Below, one piece after another: positions 34,894 through 45,077 of a stretch of DNA of 64,000 nucleotides. Within the stretch, counting starts at the first letter, position 1. The number at the start of each line of letters is the position of its first letter. The DNA lies in IMG/VR virus record IMGVR_UViG_2928010679_000002. One strand, given 5' to 3'. A program made the translations under genes and the position numbers. Below the pieces are notes generated by a model, which was not told the origin of the DNA, ran no database searches, and was given only the letters and a program-made list of their open reading frames with translations. The stretch comes from a virus.

Positions 34894-36153
34894 ATGGGCC
34901 ATCGTATGTCGGGCATCTTCTACGGCGAAAACATCATGGGGCGGATCCTTGAGATGCGGCAAGGGCTCGATCCGCTGCTGGTGTCTTCGGATTCGATCAC
35001 CTACCCCAGTGTTGGTAGTAACGGTGCATTTGCAGCGCTCGCGCCGGATCTGAAAGCCGGCGTGGTGACGTTCAACTCCAGCACCTCCGGCGCCAATTTC
35101 CGGTACTACCCAGACATGAACACACTGGCAAATCCGGTCACCCCTGCGGCTGGCTTTGCATCGACTGCGAACGTTTGCGCGATCTCCAACGACTTCTACG
35201 CAATTGGAGGATCTGGTTCGCCGTTCCTATATGTGTTCAGACGCAGCGACCACTCTCTTGTGAGCGTGTCTGCGACCGGACTTGGCAGCATTTACGGGAT
35301 CGACTTTTCGCCCGACGGCACCAAGATGGTGGTGACGCACGGCAACACGCCCTATATCCGCATGTACAACACGTCAACGTGGGCCTACACCGACGCGGTG
35401 ACGGTGCCTGGCGGCGGAAGCAATTACGGTCTCGCCTTCACCTCGGACAGCACACGCTTCCTGGTCATGTGTTCGTCGTCCCCGTACTTGGCGATTTACA
35501 ACGCATCGACAATGGTGCGGAGCTTCGGATACACGGCGAGCACCAAGTACACCCCTGCTACCTCGTACATCAAGCCAATCGTGCGGCATCCGACGACCGC
35601 CAACTCGTTCTTGCTTGCATTCAGCTCGTCGCCCTACATCGCCGAGTTCAACGCGGATACGCAGACTTTCAACGACTTCACGGCGCTGACTGCGGGAGGC
35701 GTGATCGGCGCGGGCTATAGCCTGACCGTTGATCCTGACCCGACGGAAGATGCGGTCTATCTGCGGCACAGCAATGGTTCCACGTTACCGTCGCGCACCA
35801 TGTCGAAGTTCAAGATTTCGACGCGGGCGCCGTACCCCATTCAGTCGCCTGTTTACCGAAACGCCGTGTGGGGCGCCGTTTCGGGGCTGACGCCATTCGT
35901 CATCACCTACGACACCCCCTACAAGATCACCGGCACGGTGCGCGACATCAGCAACAACCCGGTGGCGCGCGTGGTGCGCGCGCATCGGCGCGATACCGGT
36001 GAGCTTGCCGCTCAGACGACCTCGAACGCAGCCACCGGAAACTATGATTTGCGTGTGCCGGACATCGGGCCGTTCGACGTGCAATTCATGACGGCCGCGG
36101 GCGAGCTACTGAACGACCTGTTCTTCGCGCAGACGGAGCCGCAGCCGGTCTAG
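34894..36153 (+). CDS. Candidate receptor-binding protein: beta-propeller plus C-terminal carboxypeptidase-regulatory-like domain
   Basis: Repeated blades (IDFSPDGTKMVV, LAFTSDSTRFLV); C-terminal ITGTVRD...VRAHRRDTGEL...GNY; codon usage differs from neighbours. Confidence 0.6.
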   Translation: MGHRMSGIFYGENIMGRILEMRQGLDPLLVSSDSITYPSVGSNGAFAALAPDLKAGVVTFNSSTSGANFRYYPDMNTLANPVTPAAGFASTANVCAISNDFYAIGGSGSPFLYVFRRSDHSLVSVSATGLGSIYGIDFSPDGTKMVVTHGNTPYIRMYNTSTWAYTDAVTVPGGGSNYGLAFTSDSTRFLVMCSSSPYLAIYNASTMVRSFGYTASTKYTPATSYIKPIVRHPTTANSFLLAFSSSPYIAEFNADTQTFNDFTALTAGGVIGAGYSLTVDPDPTEDAVYLRHSNGSTLPSRTMSKFKISTRAPYPIQSPVYRNAVWGAVSGLTPFVITYDTPYKITGTVRDISNNPVARVVRAHRRDTGELAAQTTSNAATGNYDLRVPDIGPFDVQFMTAAGELLNDLFFAQTEPQPV

Positions 36154-36155
36154 CG

Positions 36156-39100
36156 ATGCCGTACACGCCCCCGACCAGCCCGCTGAACACTTCGTGGGTC
36201 GGGGCACCGACCTATCGCGGTCCCGCGCGCGCCATCCTTGGCACCTGGGTCACGCCAACTCAGTGGATCTACCAGCCGGCGAGCGCCGAAGGCGCCGTGG
36301 GCACGCCGGGCGTAATCGGGCAGCAGCGCGCGGCTGGCGCCGGCGCTGGCGAGCAAACCCGGTGGGGCACGACGTTTGCGCTCACGAAGGTCTTCAATTA
36401 CCGGCCGCCGCAGTACGACCTCGTGGCGTCCTGGGTCGGGAAGCCTGTCTACATCCGAACCATCGGCGCGTCGCTTTCGGTGACGTGGGATCAGCAGCGT
36501 GCTTATGCCAACCCGCCGGGCTTCCACTCGGAGGCAATGGGCGAGCCGGTCATCACGCAGCAGCAGTTCGTGCGGCCGGCAGGATTTTCCCAACTGGTGT
36601 TCGGCGACACCTACGCCATCTTCCCCTACCAGTACGCGCCGCCGCGATGGACGATCAATGCGAGCTGGGTTGGCAAAGCGGCCTACACGCCTGCGGTCGG
36701 CGTGCGCGATGGCCTGTGGACGCTGCCTTCCGAGGACAAGTATGTCCCGCTGACTGGCTGGGACTCCAACAGCTTCGGTGCGGCCGCGCTCCAGAGCTAC
36801 CTGACCTTCGCGGCGCCCAACGGCTTCGACAGCCTCAACATGGGCACGCACCAGGTGCGCAACGCAGCTGGTGCGTTGCGACCCTCGGGCATTGCGAGCC
36901 AGCTCGCGTTCGGCACCGCGCTGGTGGCATTCGGTCAACGCAGGATCACGCCGCCTGGCAGCGATCACAGCGCCATCGGCGCCAGCGCGGTGGTGCTGAA
37001 GAATCGCCGCCTGTTCCCGGGCGGCTTCGTCGCATCGTACGCTGGCGATCCGACCATCATCAACCGGAACCGCTACGTCGCCGCTGGCAACATCGCGGCG
37101 CCAACGTGGGGTGCGAACCCGACCATCTGGCTGTACACGCGCTACCTGTTGCCGACCGGGCTGGTGGCCACCGGCATCTCCAACACGAACCGGGTTAGTC
37201 ACGACAGGCAGTACGCCCAGCTGAACGCGGGCATCCCGACACCGGGCTTCGGCACGGCCTGGATCAGCCAGGGCACGCGCCTGGTCGCGCCCGCGGGAGC
37301 GTTCCTCGATGCGGTGGCGCGGCCGAATGTGGGCGGCACGCGCTTCCTCGCGCCGCTCGGGTGGGACTCGTCAGCTTTCGGCACGCGCATCATCCCGATC
37401 TCGCAGACTGTGGCGCCGCAGGGCTTCCGCGAGGTTTGGGGCGCGACTGCGATCAAGAACTACCTGACCTACGTACGGCCGCCCGGCTTCGAGACCAACG
37501 TGCAGGAGCAGTACCGTTGGGGGCGCGCCCAGGCCTATAACCTGCGGCAGTTCGTGCTGCAGGCCTACGACCCGAATGACGGGCTGAATCCGCCTCCATG
37601 GTCGCAGTGGACAGCCATCGAGAACCGGAACAAGACGGTCGCCACATTCAGCACCGCGCCACCGCGGCCGGGCGAGCCGCTGGTCTACAACAACGCACGG
37701 GTGATCGCGCCATCGGGTATGACGCCTCCCGGCTTCCCGGGCACCGCGCCCGCCGGCCTCGTGGCATATGGCGTGCGGCGCCTTCCGATGGACGGCATCG
37801 AGCCGCCGCCGGTGCTCAGTTGGACCGCGGTCTACAACGCCGCGCGCGTACTAGCGCCCGCCGGTGCTGGCGTTCAGCTGTTCGGCACGGCCGCGCTGGA
37901 GAACACGCGGCGCTATTACCAGCGCGTCGGGGACTTTGACTCGGCGGCGTTCGGCGTCGCCTTCATCGACTTTGCCATTCGGACCGTGGCGCTGGAGCCG
38001 CGGTATGCCATCCAGCCGCCCGACGTGCCGCTGCCTGAGGTCAAGTTGTACACGCGCTACGTCGATCCGAAGGGCGATGACATGGTGCGCGTCGGCCTGG
38101 CCGCGCTGACCATCCACTTCAACATCGTGGCGCCGAAGTGGGCGCACCAGGACATCTTCGGCGAACCACGCGTGCACAACGTCACCCCGGAGATGCGCGG
38201 CTACGGCTGGAATGCCGAGGAGTTCGGCGACGCCTTCGTGCGCCTGCAGTTCCGCCCCGTGGCGCCTGATGGCAACAGCATGCAGCTGTTCGGCCAGGCC
38301 AAGATCGCGGACCGCAAGCAGAGCCTTGCGGTGCCGGGCAACAACTTCATGCGCATCGGCGACAAGCTGGTGGTGACTCGGACCGGCGCACCGCCGTACT
38401 CGCCGCAGTGGATCATTCAGGATGGCGAGCCGGTGGACTCGTTGAGCGCATTCGGCAAGCCGGGGCTGAACCAGTACGTCCTCTATCCCTTCGGCATTGA
38501 CGCGCTGAAGGTGGGCGACGCAACGGTGCGCAGCAACGGAATCATGGTCGATGCCGGTATCAAGGTGGACGGCTATGGCGTGCCGACCGTGGGCCTGAAG
38601 AGGCGCGTGCTCACGGTTCAGGAGTGGCCGGGCGCCGAGGTGTTTGAGCCTTCCCCAGCGCGGATCACGCCGCACACGATCTGGGCCGTGGTGGAGGCGC
38701 CGGCGCAGGCCATCCGCAACCACGGGGCCAACAATCTTCACTACGTCGGCCAAACAGTGGAATACGGGCCGGGCACGCGCTTCGGGCGGCATTCGGTGCG
38801 TACATACCGCGGTGTCCTATCGCCCAACTCGGTGGGGAACACCGCGCTGTACGGCACCGCGTCTGTGCAGTTGCACCGCCGCTACCTGGAGCCGGCCGGC
38901 ATGCAGGCCTATCGCATGGGCTGGGTCATCGTCGGCGACGGCACGCAGTTCGTGAAGCAGTTCGGCGGTGCAGACATGCAGGTGTTCGGGCAGACGGCCG
39001 TGGCGCGTGGGCCGTACCTCGGGCCGCAGACCGTGAAGCCGGTAGGCTTGGTGCCGCCGGACTTCGGTGTGACCTGGATTTCGCTGCTGCACCGGAGCTT

Positions 39101-39485
39101 CCCGCTCATCGGCTTCAATGCACTCGGAATGGGCTCCTCGCGCGGTGACCCGCCGTACCAGTGGCAGTCGCTGCATGTGGGCCCGCTGATGCCCACCATA
39201 CCCAGCGGGTTTGACGCGAAGCTCTTCGGGTCGGCGTGGATCTCGCTGCGCATCCGCGGGCTCGAGCCGCTCGGCTTCGAGGCCTTCGCCAGCGAGTACG
39301 ACCCCGAGAACTTCGCCGCGCGCATGCACGTGCGCAACGCTTTCATGCCGCCGGGCCCGGCCACGCGCACCTTGGCGCCTGTGGGTGTGGACCTGCCCGC
39401 CTTGGGCGTGCCCAATGCCAAGCCCGCGGTGCACTTCATTCGTCCCGACGGCAACGCAGACCAGTACCGGAAAGGAGCCTTCTGA
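36156..39485 (+). CDS. Large repetitive tail/virion protein (1109 aa)
   Basis: Three Y.PP....SWVG..Y repeats, then many P.GF.S..FG.A repeats. Confidence 0.75.
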   Translation: MPYTPPTSPLNTSWVGAPTYRGPARAILGTWVTPTQWIYQPASAEGAVGTPGVIGQQRAAGAGAGEQTRWGTTFALTKVFNYRPPQYDLVASWVGKPVYIRTIGASLSVTWDQQRAYANPPGFHSEAMGEPVITQQQFVRPAGFSQLVFGDTYAIFPYQYAPPRWTINASWVGKAAYTPAVGVRDGLWTLPSEDKYVPLTGWDSNSFGAAALQSYLTFAAPNGFDSLNMGTHQVRNAAGALRPSGIASQLAFGTALVAFGQRRITPPGSDHSAIGASAVVLKNRRLFPGGFVASYAGDPTIINRNRYVAAGNIAAPTWGANPTIWLYTRYLLPTGLVATGISNTNRVSHDRQYAQLNAGIPTPGFGTAWISQGTRLVAPAGAFLDAVARPNVGGTRFLAPLGWDSSAFGTRIIPISQTVAPQGFREVWGATAIKNYLTYVRPPGFETNVQEQYRWGRAQAYNLRQFVLQAYDPNDGLNPPPWSQWTAIENRNKTVATFSTAPPRPGEPLVYNNARVIAPSGMTPPGFPGTAPAGLVAYGVRRLPMDGIEPPPVLSWTAVYNAARVLAPAGAGVQLFGTAALENTRRYYQRVGDFDSAAFGVAFIDFAIRTVALEPRYAIQPPDVPLPEVKLYTRYVDPKGDDMVRVGLAALTIHFNIVAPKWAHQDIFGEPRVHNVTPEMRGYGWNAEEFGDAFVRLQFRPVAPDGNSMQLFGQAKIADRKQSLAVPGNNFMRIGDKLVVTRTGAPPYSPQWIIQDGEPVDSLSAFGKPGLNQYVLYPFGIDALKVGDATVRSNGIMVDAGIKVDGYGVPTVGLKRRVLTVQEWPGAEVFEPSPARITPHTIWAVVEAPAQAIRNHGANNLHYVGQTVEYGPGTRFGRHSVRTYRGVLSPNSVGNTALYGTASVQLHRRYLEPAGMQAYRMGWVIVGDGTQFVKQFGGADMQVFGQTAVARGPYLGPQTVKPVGLVPPDFGVTWISLLHRSFPLIGFNALGMGSSRGDPPYQWQSLHVGPLMPTIPSGFDAKLFGSAWISLRIRGLEPLGFEAFASEYDPENFAARMHVRNAFMPPGPATRTLAPVGVDLPALGVPNAKPAVHFIRPDGNADQYRKGAF

Positions 39486-40672
39486 TGGACGACATCTCCC
39501 TCATGCCGCTGGCCGGCATCAACAACGTGGCCGAGGACGAGGCGATGAAGCGCGGCGGGGACTCGGCCCGGGTGTACCTGCGCGACGCGGTGAACGTGGA
39601 CATCACGCCGGCGGGCCGGGCGAGCGTGCGCGCGGGCGAGCGGCGCGTTTCGACGGTCCGGTACCGCGACGTGTGGCAGAGCCCGCTGCATCGCGATACC
39701 TTCGGGACGCTCGATGGCCAGTGGGTCAAGATCGACCCGGCAAACTGGACTCACGAGACGCTGGCTACCGTGGGCGAGGGAGCGGGGCACGTCGTACTCA
39801 ACAGCCTGGTGTGCGTTGCTGGACCCGCCGGTCTGTTCACCTACGACGGCAGCGCGGCGCAGCGGCTGACCGTGGAGACACCGCCCGCGCCATTGCTGAC
39901 GGCCGGAAGCGGCTCCCTGGAGCCCGGCACCTACGGCGCGGCGCTGGCCTGGCTACGCGGCACCCAGGAATCCGCCACCTCCGAGCTCGCCACGGTCGAA
40001 GTGGGAGCGAGCGGCGCGCTTGAGGTCGCGCTGCCAATTTGGCTCGACCCCGCGCTCACTGGCGCCCGGCTGTACCTGACACGACAAGACGGTGGTGAGC
40101 TGCTGCGCGCCGGAGATTGGCCGGCCGGCACCGCGACGATCCACCTGCCGCTGCTGCCGCAGCTTGGCGCGGCTGCGCAGTTCCGCCACCTGTCGCCGAT
40201 GCCTACGGGGCGGTTTCTTGCGCAGTGGCGCGGCCGGCTGCTGACCGCCCGTGGCAACGTTCTTCGATGGTCCGAGGCGCTGGCCTATCACCTGCACGAC
40301 GAGCGGCACGGGTTCGTGCAGATGCCGCAGCGCATCACGTTCGTGCAGCCGGTCGACGCCGGCGTGTGGGTCGGCCAGGTCGATCACGTGGCGTTCCTGC
40401 GGGGCAGCACTCCCGATGAGTTCTCGGTGGAGAAGAAGGGCGGCCGTGCGCCTGTGCTAGGCAGCGCCATCCTCGTGTCCCCGGATGCCCTCGGCGCCGA
40501 TCTCACGTCCGGCGGAAGTGAGGCCGCGGTCTGGCTGGCGGACAACGGCTACGTGGTGGGCACGGCCGCCGGTGCGCTGGTTGAGCTGCAGGCCGGCGTG
40601 CTGAAGGGCATAGCGGCGCGGGCCGGGACCTCTGTAGTGTTTGGCCGCCGGCTGCTGACCGCGGTAGCCTGA
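39485..40672 (+). CDS. Tail nozzle/stabilisation-like protein
   Basis: PLAGINNV...LRDAVNVDITPAG...WRGRLLTARGNVLRWSEALAYHL. Confidence 0.65.
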   Translation: MDDISLMPLAGINNVAEDEAMKRGGDSARVYLRDAVNVDITPAGRASVRAGERRVSTVRYRDVWQSPLHRDTFGTLDGQWVKIDPANWTHETLATVGEGAGHVVLNSLVCVAGPAGLFTYDGSAAQRLTVETPPAPLLTAGSGSLEPGTYGAALAWLRGTQESATSELATVEVGASGALEVALPIWLDPALTGARLYLTRQDGGELLRAGDWPAGTATIHLPLLPQLGAAAQFRHLSPMPTGRFLAQWRGRLLTARGNVLRWSEALAYHLHDERHGFVQMPQRITFVQPVDAGVWVGQVDHVAFLRGSTPDEFSVEKKGGRAPVLGSAILVSPDALGADLTSGGSEAAVWLADNGYVVGTAAGALVELQAGVLKGIAARAGTSVVFGRRLLTAVA

Positions 40673-40746
40673 GGCTTTCATGCCCGGCGAACTGTCGGGC
40701 CCATTTAGCTGCGCAGGAGTGCGGCATAGGACCACTGGAGCTTCCT

Positions 40747-41334
40747 ATGACCCTGCGCAACAAGCTGGCCCGCGCGCTCGTTCGGGCCCTCGATCGCGAG
40801 ATCTTCGACGTCACCGAGACCGGGCTCGCATTTCCGACCTTGGGCGTGCACGCCGCCGGCGAGTACTTCGACCGCATCAACCGTGGCGCCTGGCAGCGCA
40901 CGCCCAATCTGATCGTGACGGAAGGCCTCGCGCATATCCTGAACGTGGCGCTGGGTGGCAAGGCGAAGCCTGCGGGCGCCTACTTGGCGCTGTTCAGCGG
41001 CGCGGCTGCACCTGCGGCGAACTGGACCGCGGCGAGCTTTGCCGCTGTCGCATCTGAAAACGTCAGCCTGACCGAGGGCTACACGAGCCCGACCCGCCCG
41101 GTGTGGACGCCGGTCGACACGGCCGGCAACAGCATCGACAACATGGCTGCGGTCGCAACCGTCACGATTGCCACCGCCGGGCAGCTGAATGTCACTGGCG
41201 CGGCATTGCTCACGAACAACACCAGGGGCGGCACCACCGGCGCGTTGGTGTCGGCGACGAAGTACGCCGCGGCGCGCGTGTTCCAGAACGCCGACACCTA
41301 CGACGTGGGCTACCGGCTGAGCCTGACCGTCTGA
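40747..41334 (+). CDS. Virion structural protein
   Basis: PNLIVTEGLAHILNVALGG...YLALFSG...AARVFQNADTYDVGYRLSL. Confidence 0.7.
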   Translation: MTLRNKLARALVRALDREIFDVTETGLAFPTLGVHAAGEYFDRINRGAWQRTPNLIVTEGLAHILNVALGGKAKPAGAYLALFSGAAAPAANWTAASFAAVASENVSLTEGYTSPTRPVWTPVDTAGNSIDNMAAVATVTIATAGQLNVTGAALLTNNTRGGTTGALVSATKYAAARVFQNADTYDVGYRLSLTV

Positions 41335-41337
41335 TCC

Positions 41338-43933
41338 ATGCACGCGCCGCGCCCCTATGGGCGCTTTGCCGAGCAGGCGGAGCTGTCCCCCGAAGACGCC
41401 GCCGCTGTCGAGCGGCTGGCCAGGGCCGTGACCAACTTCAAGCAGTTGTCCGCGCTGGACAGCCTGAAGCGCGTCGCGGACCTGCCCAGCGGCCGGCAGG
41501 CGGTGGCGATCGACATGGGCGGCGTGTTCCGCGTGCTGGTGCTCGAGCGGCACGAGAGCCCAGAGCACGAAGTCACCGGTCTGGCCGAGACGAACGTGCC
41601 CATGCTGTTCTCGGGCGTCATCACGCGCGCACAAGTGCTGGAGGGCGAGGGCGTAGGTATCAAGCTGACCGAGCAGACGCGGCGGCGCCTCGTGGGCTAC
41701 CAGGAGGATGAAGACTTGCCGCCCAAGGATGTGGCACTGCAGCGCTTCCGCATCGACTACCAGGACCGGTTTGCCTACTTTCGCCCCGAATACAGCGGCA
41801 TCTACACCTTCACCCAATTCGTGAAGCACCGGCCGACCTGGTACAGCGGCGCGATGGCCGAGGTGGCGCAGGTTGTTGGTGGCTACGGCCGGCAGCTGTT
41901 GGTCGACCTGCCGGATGACCCGATCGAGCGGGCCCGCATGCGTGTGCCGGAGCGCTTCATGCGAGAGATCCGGCGTGAGATTGCGGGCCTGCGCCTGCCG
42001 GGCTACACGGGCTTCCCGGATCGCGAGGGCCAGTTCCAGTATGGCTATCAGCATGCGGAGGGGAACGCCGTGTCCTTCGACAGCGGCAACAAGCCATGGC
42101 TGCTGCGCATCAATGCCCGCGGCGTTTTCGCCATGCCCCTTCCGTTGGTGCCGGCTACCACCGCCGCGGCCTTCCGTGACTACGTGGAGGAGGTCGGCGA
42201 TGGAGAGCTGCTGAAGGTGCTCGACCGCTTCGGAGGCCTTCCCTCGGGAGAGACCTTCCCAAACGACGAGCAGGACTTCGAGGCGTGGCGGCGAGCCGGG
42301 GTGTTCATCAAGGTTTGCGACTGTTCAGACTTCTATTCGCACCAAGCCTTCTATGCCGCCGGCGGATGGTCCTTCAACAGCCGCGGGCGCGAGGGCTTCA
42401 ACACCTGCTGGGACCGAGACGGCACAGGCCTGCTGCGCGCGCACGCCTACAAGATGAAGCTGCAGCTGGGCGTGGCCGCCAACGGCGGGCGATTGAAGGC
42501 CTCATGGCAGTTCGACGGCGAAGACGAGACGGCCCGTGCTCAAGGCTACCTGACCCGCCTCTTCGAGCAACTGCGCGACGGATCGCACCGCGCGCGCGCG
42601 ATCGCGTACAAGGTCCGCCGCGCGACGGCTGCTCAGATTCTGGCGCGAGCCGGAGTGTCGAACGGGCCCGACAAGGACTACTGGGACGCGCTCGAGCTTG
42701 AGCCGATCGCCGCTCACCAGGGCAACGTGGCGCAGGTTGGCTCGGGCCCGATGTATTGGCCCGGCAAGAACCCAAAGTCGATGGGGCGCCTGAAATTTCC
42801 CGAGCTGAGCGGCAAAGGCTGCGAGTCGTTCGTGATGGTGTCCGATGACTACGCGGGCCCGGCGGTGAAGTGCGACACCATCGTCTTCGGCTGCTACGTC
42901 GACGACGAGCTGCAGGTCGTCAAGTATTTCTACGACGAGCGCAAGGTTCAAGAGAAGGTGCAGAGCACCTTCGAGAAGTACATGATCGTCGGGCAGTGGG
43001 AAAAGACCGAGACCACCGGGCTTTCCGGCCTGATGGGCTACTTCTACACCTCGGCTTTCGACGACCGGCAGGTGGCGCCGCCGGTCAGCACCACGACCCA
43101 CATCACCGGCACGGACATGGGCTATGGCCAGCCCGCGTTCGCGACGCCACCGATCCTGTACTGCGTGGGCTCGCTCTCGCGGGCCCGCTACTACATGCAC
43201 CGCACTACGGTGAAGAGTACGTCGGGCTTCGGCATCGACGTGGCAGCGTGTGTGCCGGTGTTCGAGCGCGACTGCATCCTCTATCCCTACACCGCTGGCA
43301 CTTCGGGCCGGGCTGAGACTGAAAAGACCGAGCAGTTCGCGATGGCGGACCCGACCTCCTACCAGCTCTGGTGCTACGACAACCTGTTCCATTGGATGGG
43401 CCAGACGGACAACCACAACAAGGGCGACCCGCCTTCGAAAGACGGCGTGCCCGTGTACATCGACACGCTGGTCTATTCGCCCACCGAGGTGAGCGACTAC
43501 GCGGACAGCGGTAACTGGTACAACCTGCCTCCGGGCGGATTCCTCGACGTGACGGCCATTTGCGGCCCCTACACCTCTCGCTCGTCGGGCACGCAGCGCT
43601 GGCGGGGTTGTCATCGGAGGCGAGGCTCCGGGCTTCGAGCCGTTCTCCAGTGAGAAGCTGTTCCCCGCTGAGCAGTCGGGACGGCTGAGCGTGTCGATGA
43701 AGGGCGCTGGCTCTGTCGTCGCGCACCGGGACATTCCCCACTCTTGGTACTTCGGCTTCTCGCCGGAAGAGCAGACCTACTTCTATCGCGATGCGGTGCA
43801 TGTGGCCATTGGCGACAGCAGCTACGCGAGCATCTACGAGCAGGACCAGAACGGGCTGCGCCGGCGTTGGGGATACACGGCGCTGGCCGACAACCGCAGC
43901 GCGCACCACTTCATCGGGGTCATCAATGAGTAG
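41338..43933 (+). pseudogene. Large tail/virion protein split by a +1 frameshift (ORFs 41338..43653 and 43691..43933)
   Basis: The +1 frame is open from 43553 and reads AGGVVIGGEAPGFEPFSSEKLFPAEQSGRLSVSMKGAG straight into the 80-aa ORF, while frame 0 ends in an atypical R-rich tail. Confidence 0.65.
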
Positions 43934-45077
43934 CTACCGAGACGACATTCAAGAAACCGCCGTTGCCAGCAGTTCCGTGTGGCTCGGGCTGGCCAGCGTG
44001 ACCGAGGAAATCGCGCGCGCGTCGAGCGCGCTGCTGTTTGGACTCCTGGTGCTGCACACGGACATTGCCGTGGCATCCGACCTGGTGCTCGACCGGCCCG
44101 GAGGCATCGTGATCGAGCAGGCGATGCTGAGCGACCAGGTCATCGACGCCCGGACGAGCCGCGAGGCGATCGTGGAGCGCGCTGCCGCCTCCGACCTGAC
44201 CCTCGGGCGACTGCGAGTCGTCCATGTCGACGGCGCACAGATCAGCGACCAGGTGATTGAGCGCACGGGCTCGTTGGTGATCGAGTCGGCTGTTGCGAGC
44301 GACCAGGTGCTGGCGCACCGCAGAGTCAGCAGCGTGGTCCTAGAGGTGGCGCGAATCTCCGACGCGGCGCCCAGCTTTGCCACGTCGCTGGTGCAGGAGA
44401 CGGCGCAGGCCCAAGACTTCACCACCGGCGTGCTTCACGCGGCGGATTTGGCAGTGTCGGCGGCCGCGGCGACCGACGAGGTCTTCGACGCGCGCCAGAC
44501 TGGCGCGCCTGTATCCGAGATGGCGCGAGTAGCTGACGAGGTGTTCGACCGACTCCGCGCCGTGGACGTGGTGCGCGACAGCGCGACGGCCGACGACCAG
44601 ATGGTCGGGGAGCCGCTGCGAACACAGGCCTGGACGGCGAACACCGATTCCTGGGCGATGTCGCGCTATGACCCGGTGCCCTTTGCCGCGCTGGTGGTCA
44701 TCGACGGCGCGCTCTATGGACTGGCCGAAGACGGCGTGTTCGCGCTCGACACGCCGACCACTCAAAGCGCTGTGCTGCGCACGGCGCCGGTCGACGTCGG
44801 GCAGGGCGTGCTGGCGCACCCGCTGCAGGCCTTCCTCGAATACGAACTGGAGGATGGGACCGCCACCATGGAGGTCACGACCACCCAGTCGGGCGAGGCC
44901 CAGACCTACGCCTATGCCCTGCAGCCAGAAGCCGCCAAGCGGCTGACCAACGGCCGCTTCGTGTTCGGCCGCGGCCTGCGCGGGCGGCATTTCAGCTTCG
45001 CGCTTCGGCTGAACGCCAAGCGAGGGCACATCAACGACCTGAGCGTCAATGTGGCGCCGACGAAAAGGAGAGTGTGA
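43926..45077 (+). CDS. Tail/virion protein with (E/D).A.ASD-type repeats
   Basis: ATG 43926 overlaps the upstream end; repeats ERAAASD, ESAVASD, DSATADD; C-terminal FVFGRGLRGRHFSF. Confidence 0.7.
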   Translation: MSSYRDDIQETAVASSSVWLGLASVTEEIARASSALLFGLLVLHTDIAVASDLVLDRPGGIVIEQAMLSDQVIDARTSREAIVERAAASDLTLGRLRVVHVDGAQISDQVIERTGSLVIESAVASDQVLAHRRVSSVVLEVARISDAAPSFATSLVQETAQAQDFTTGVLHAADLAVSAAAATDEVFDARQTGAPVSEMARVADEVFDRLRAVDVVRDSATADDQMVGEPLRTQAWTANTDSWAMSRYDPVPFAALVVIDGALYGLAEDGVFALDTPTTQSAVLRTAPVDVGQGVLAHPLQAFLEYELEDGTATMEVTTTQSGEAQTYAYALQPEAAKRLTNGRFVFGRGLRGRHFSFALRLNAKRGHINDLSVNVAPTKRRV

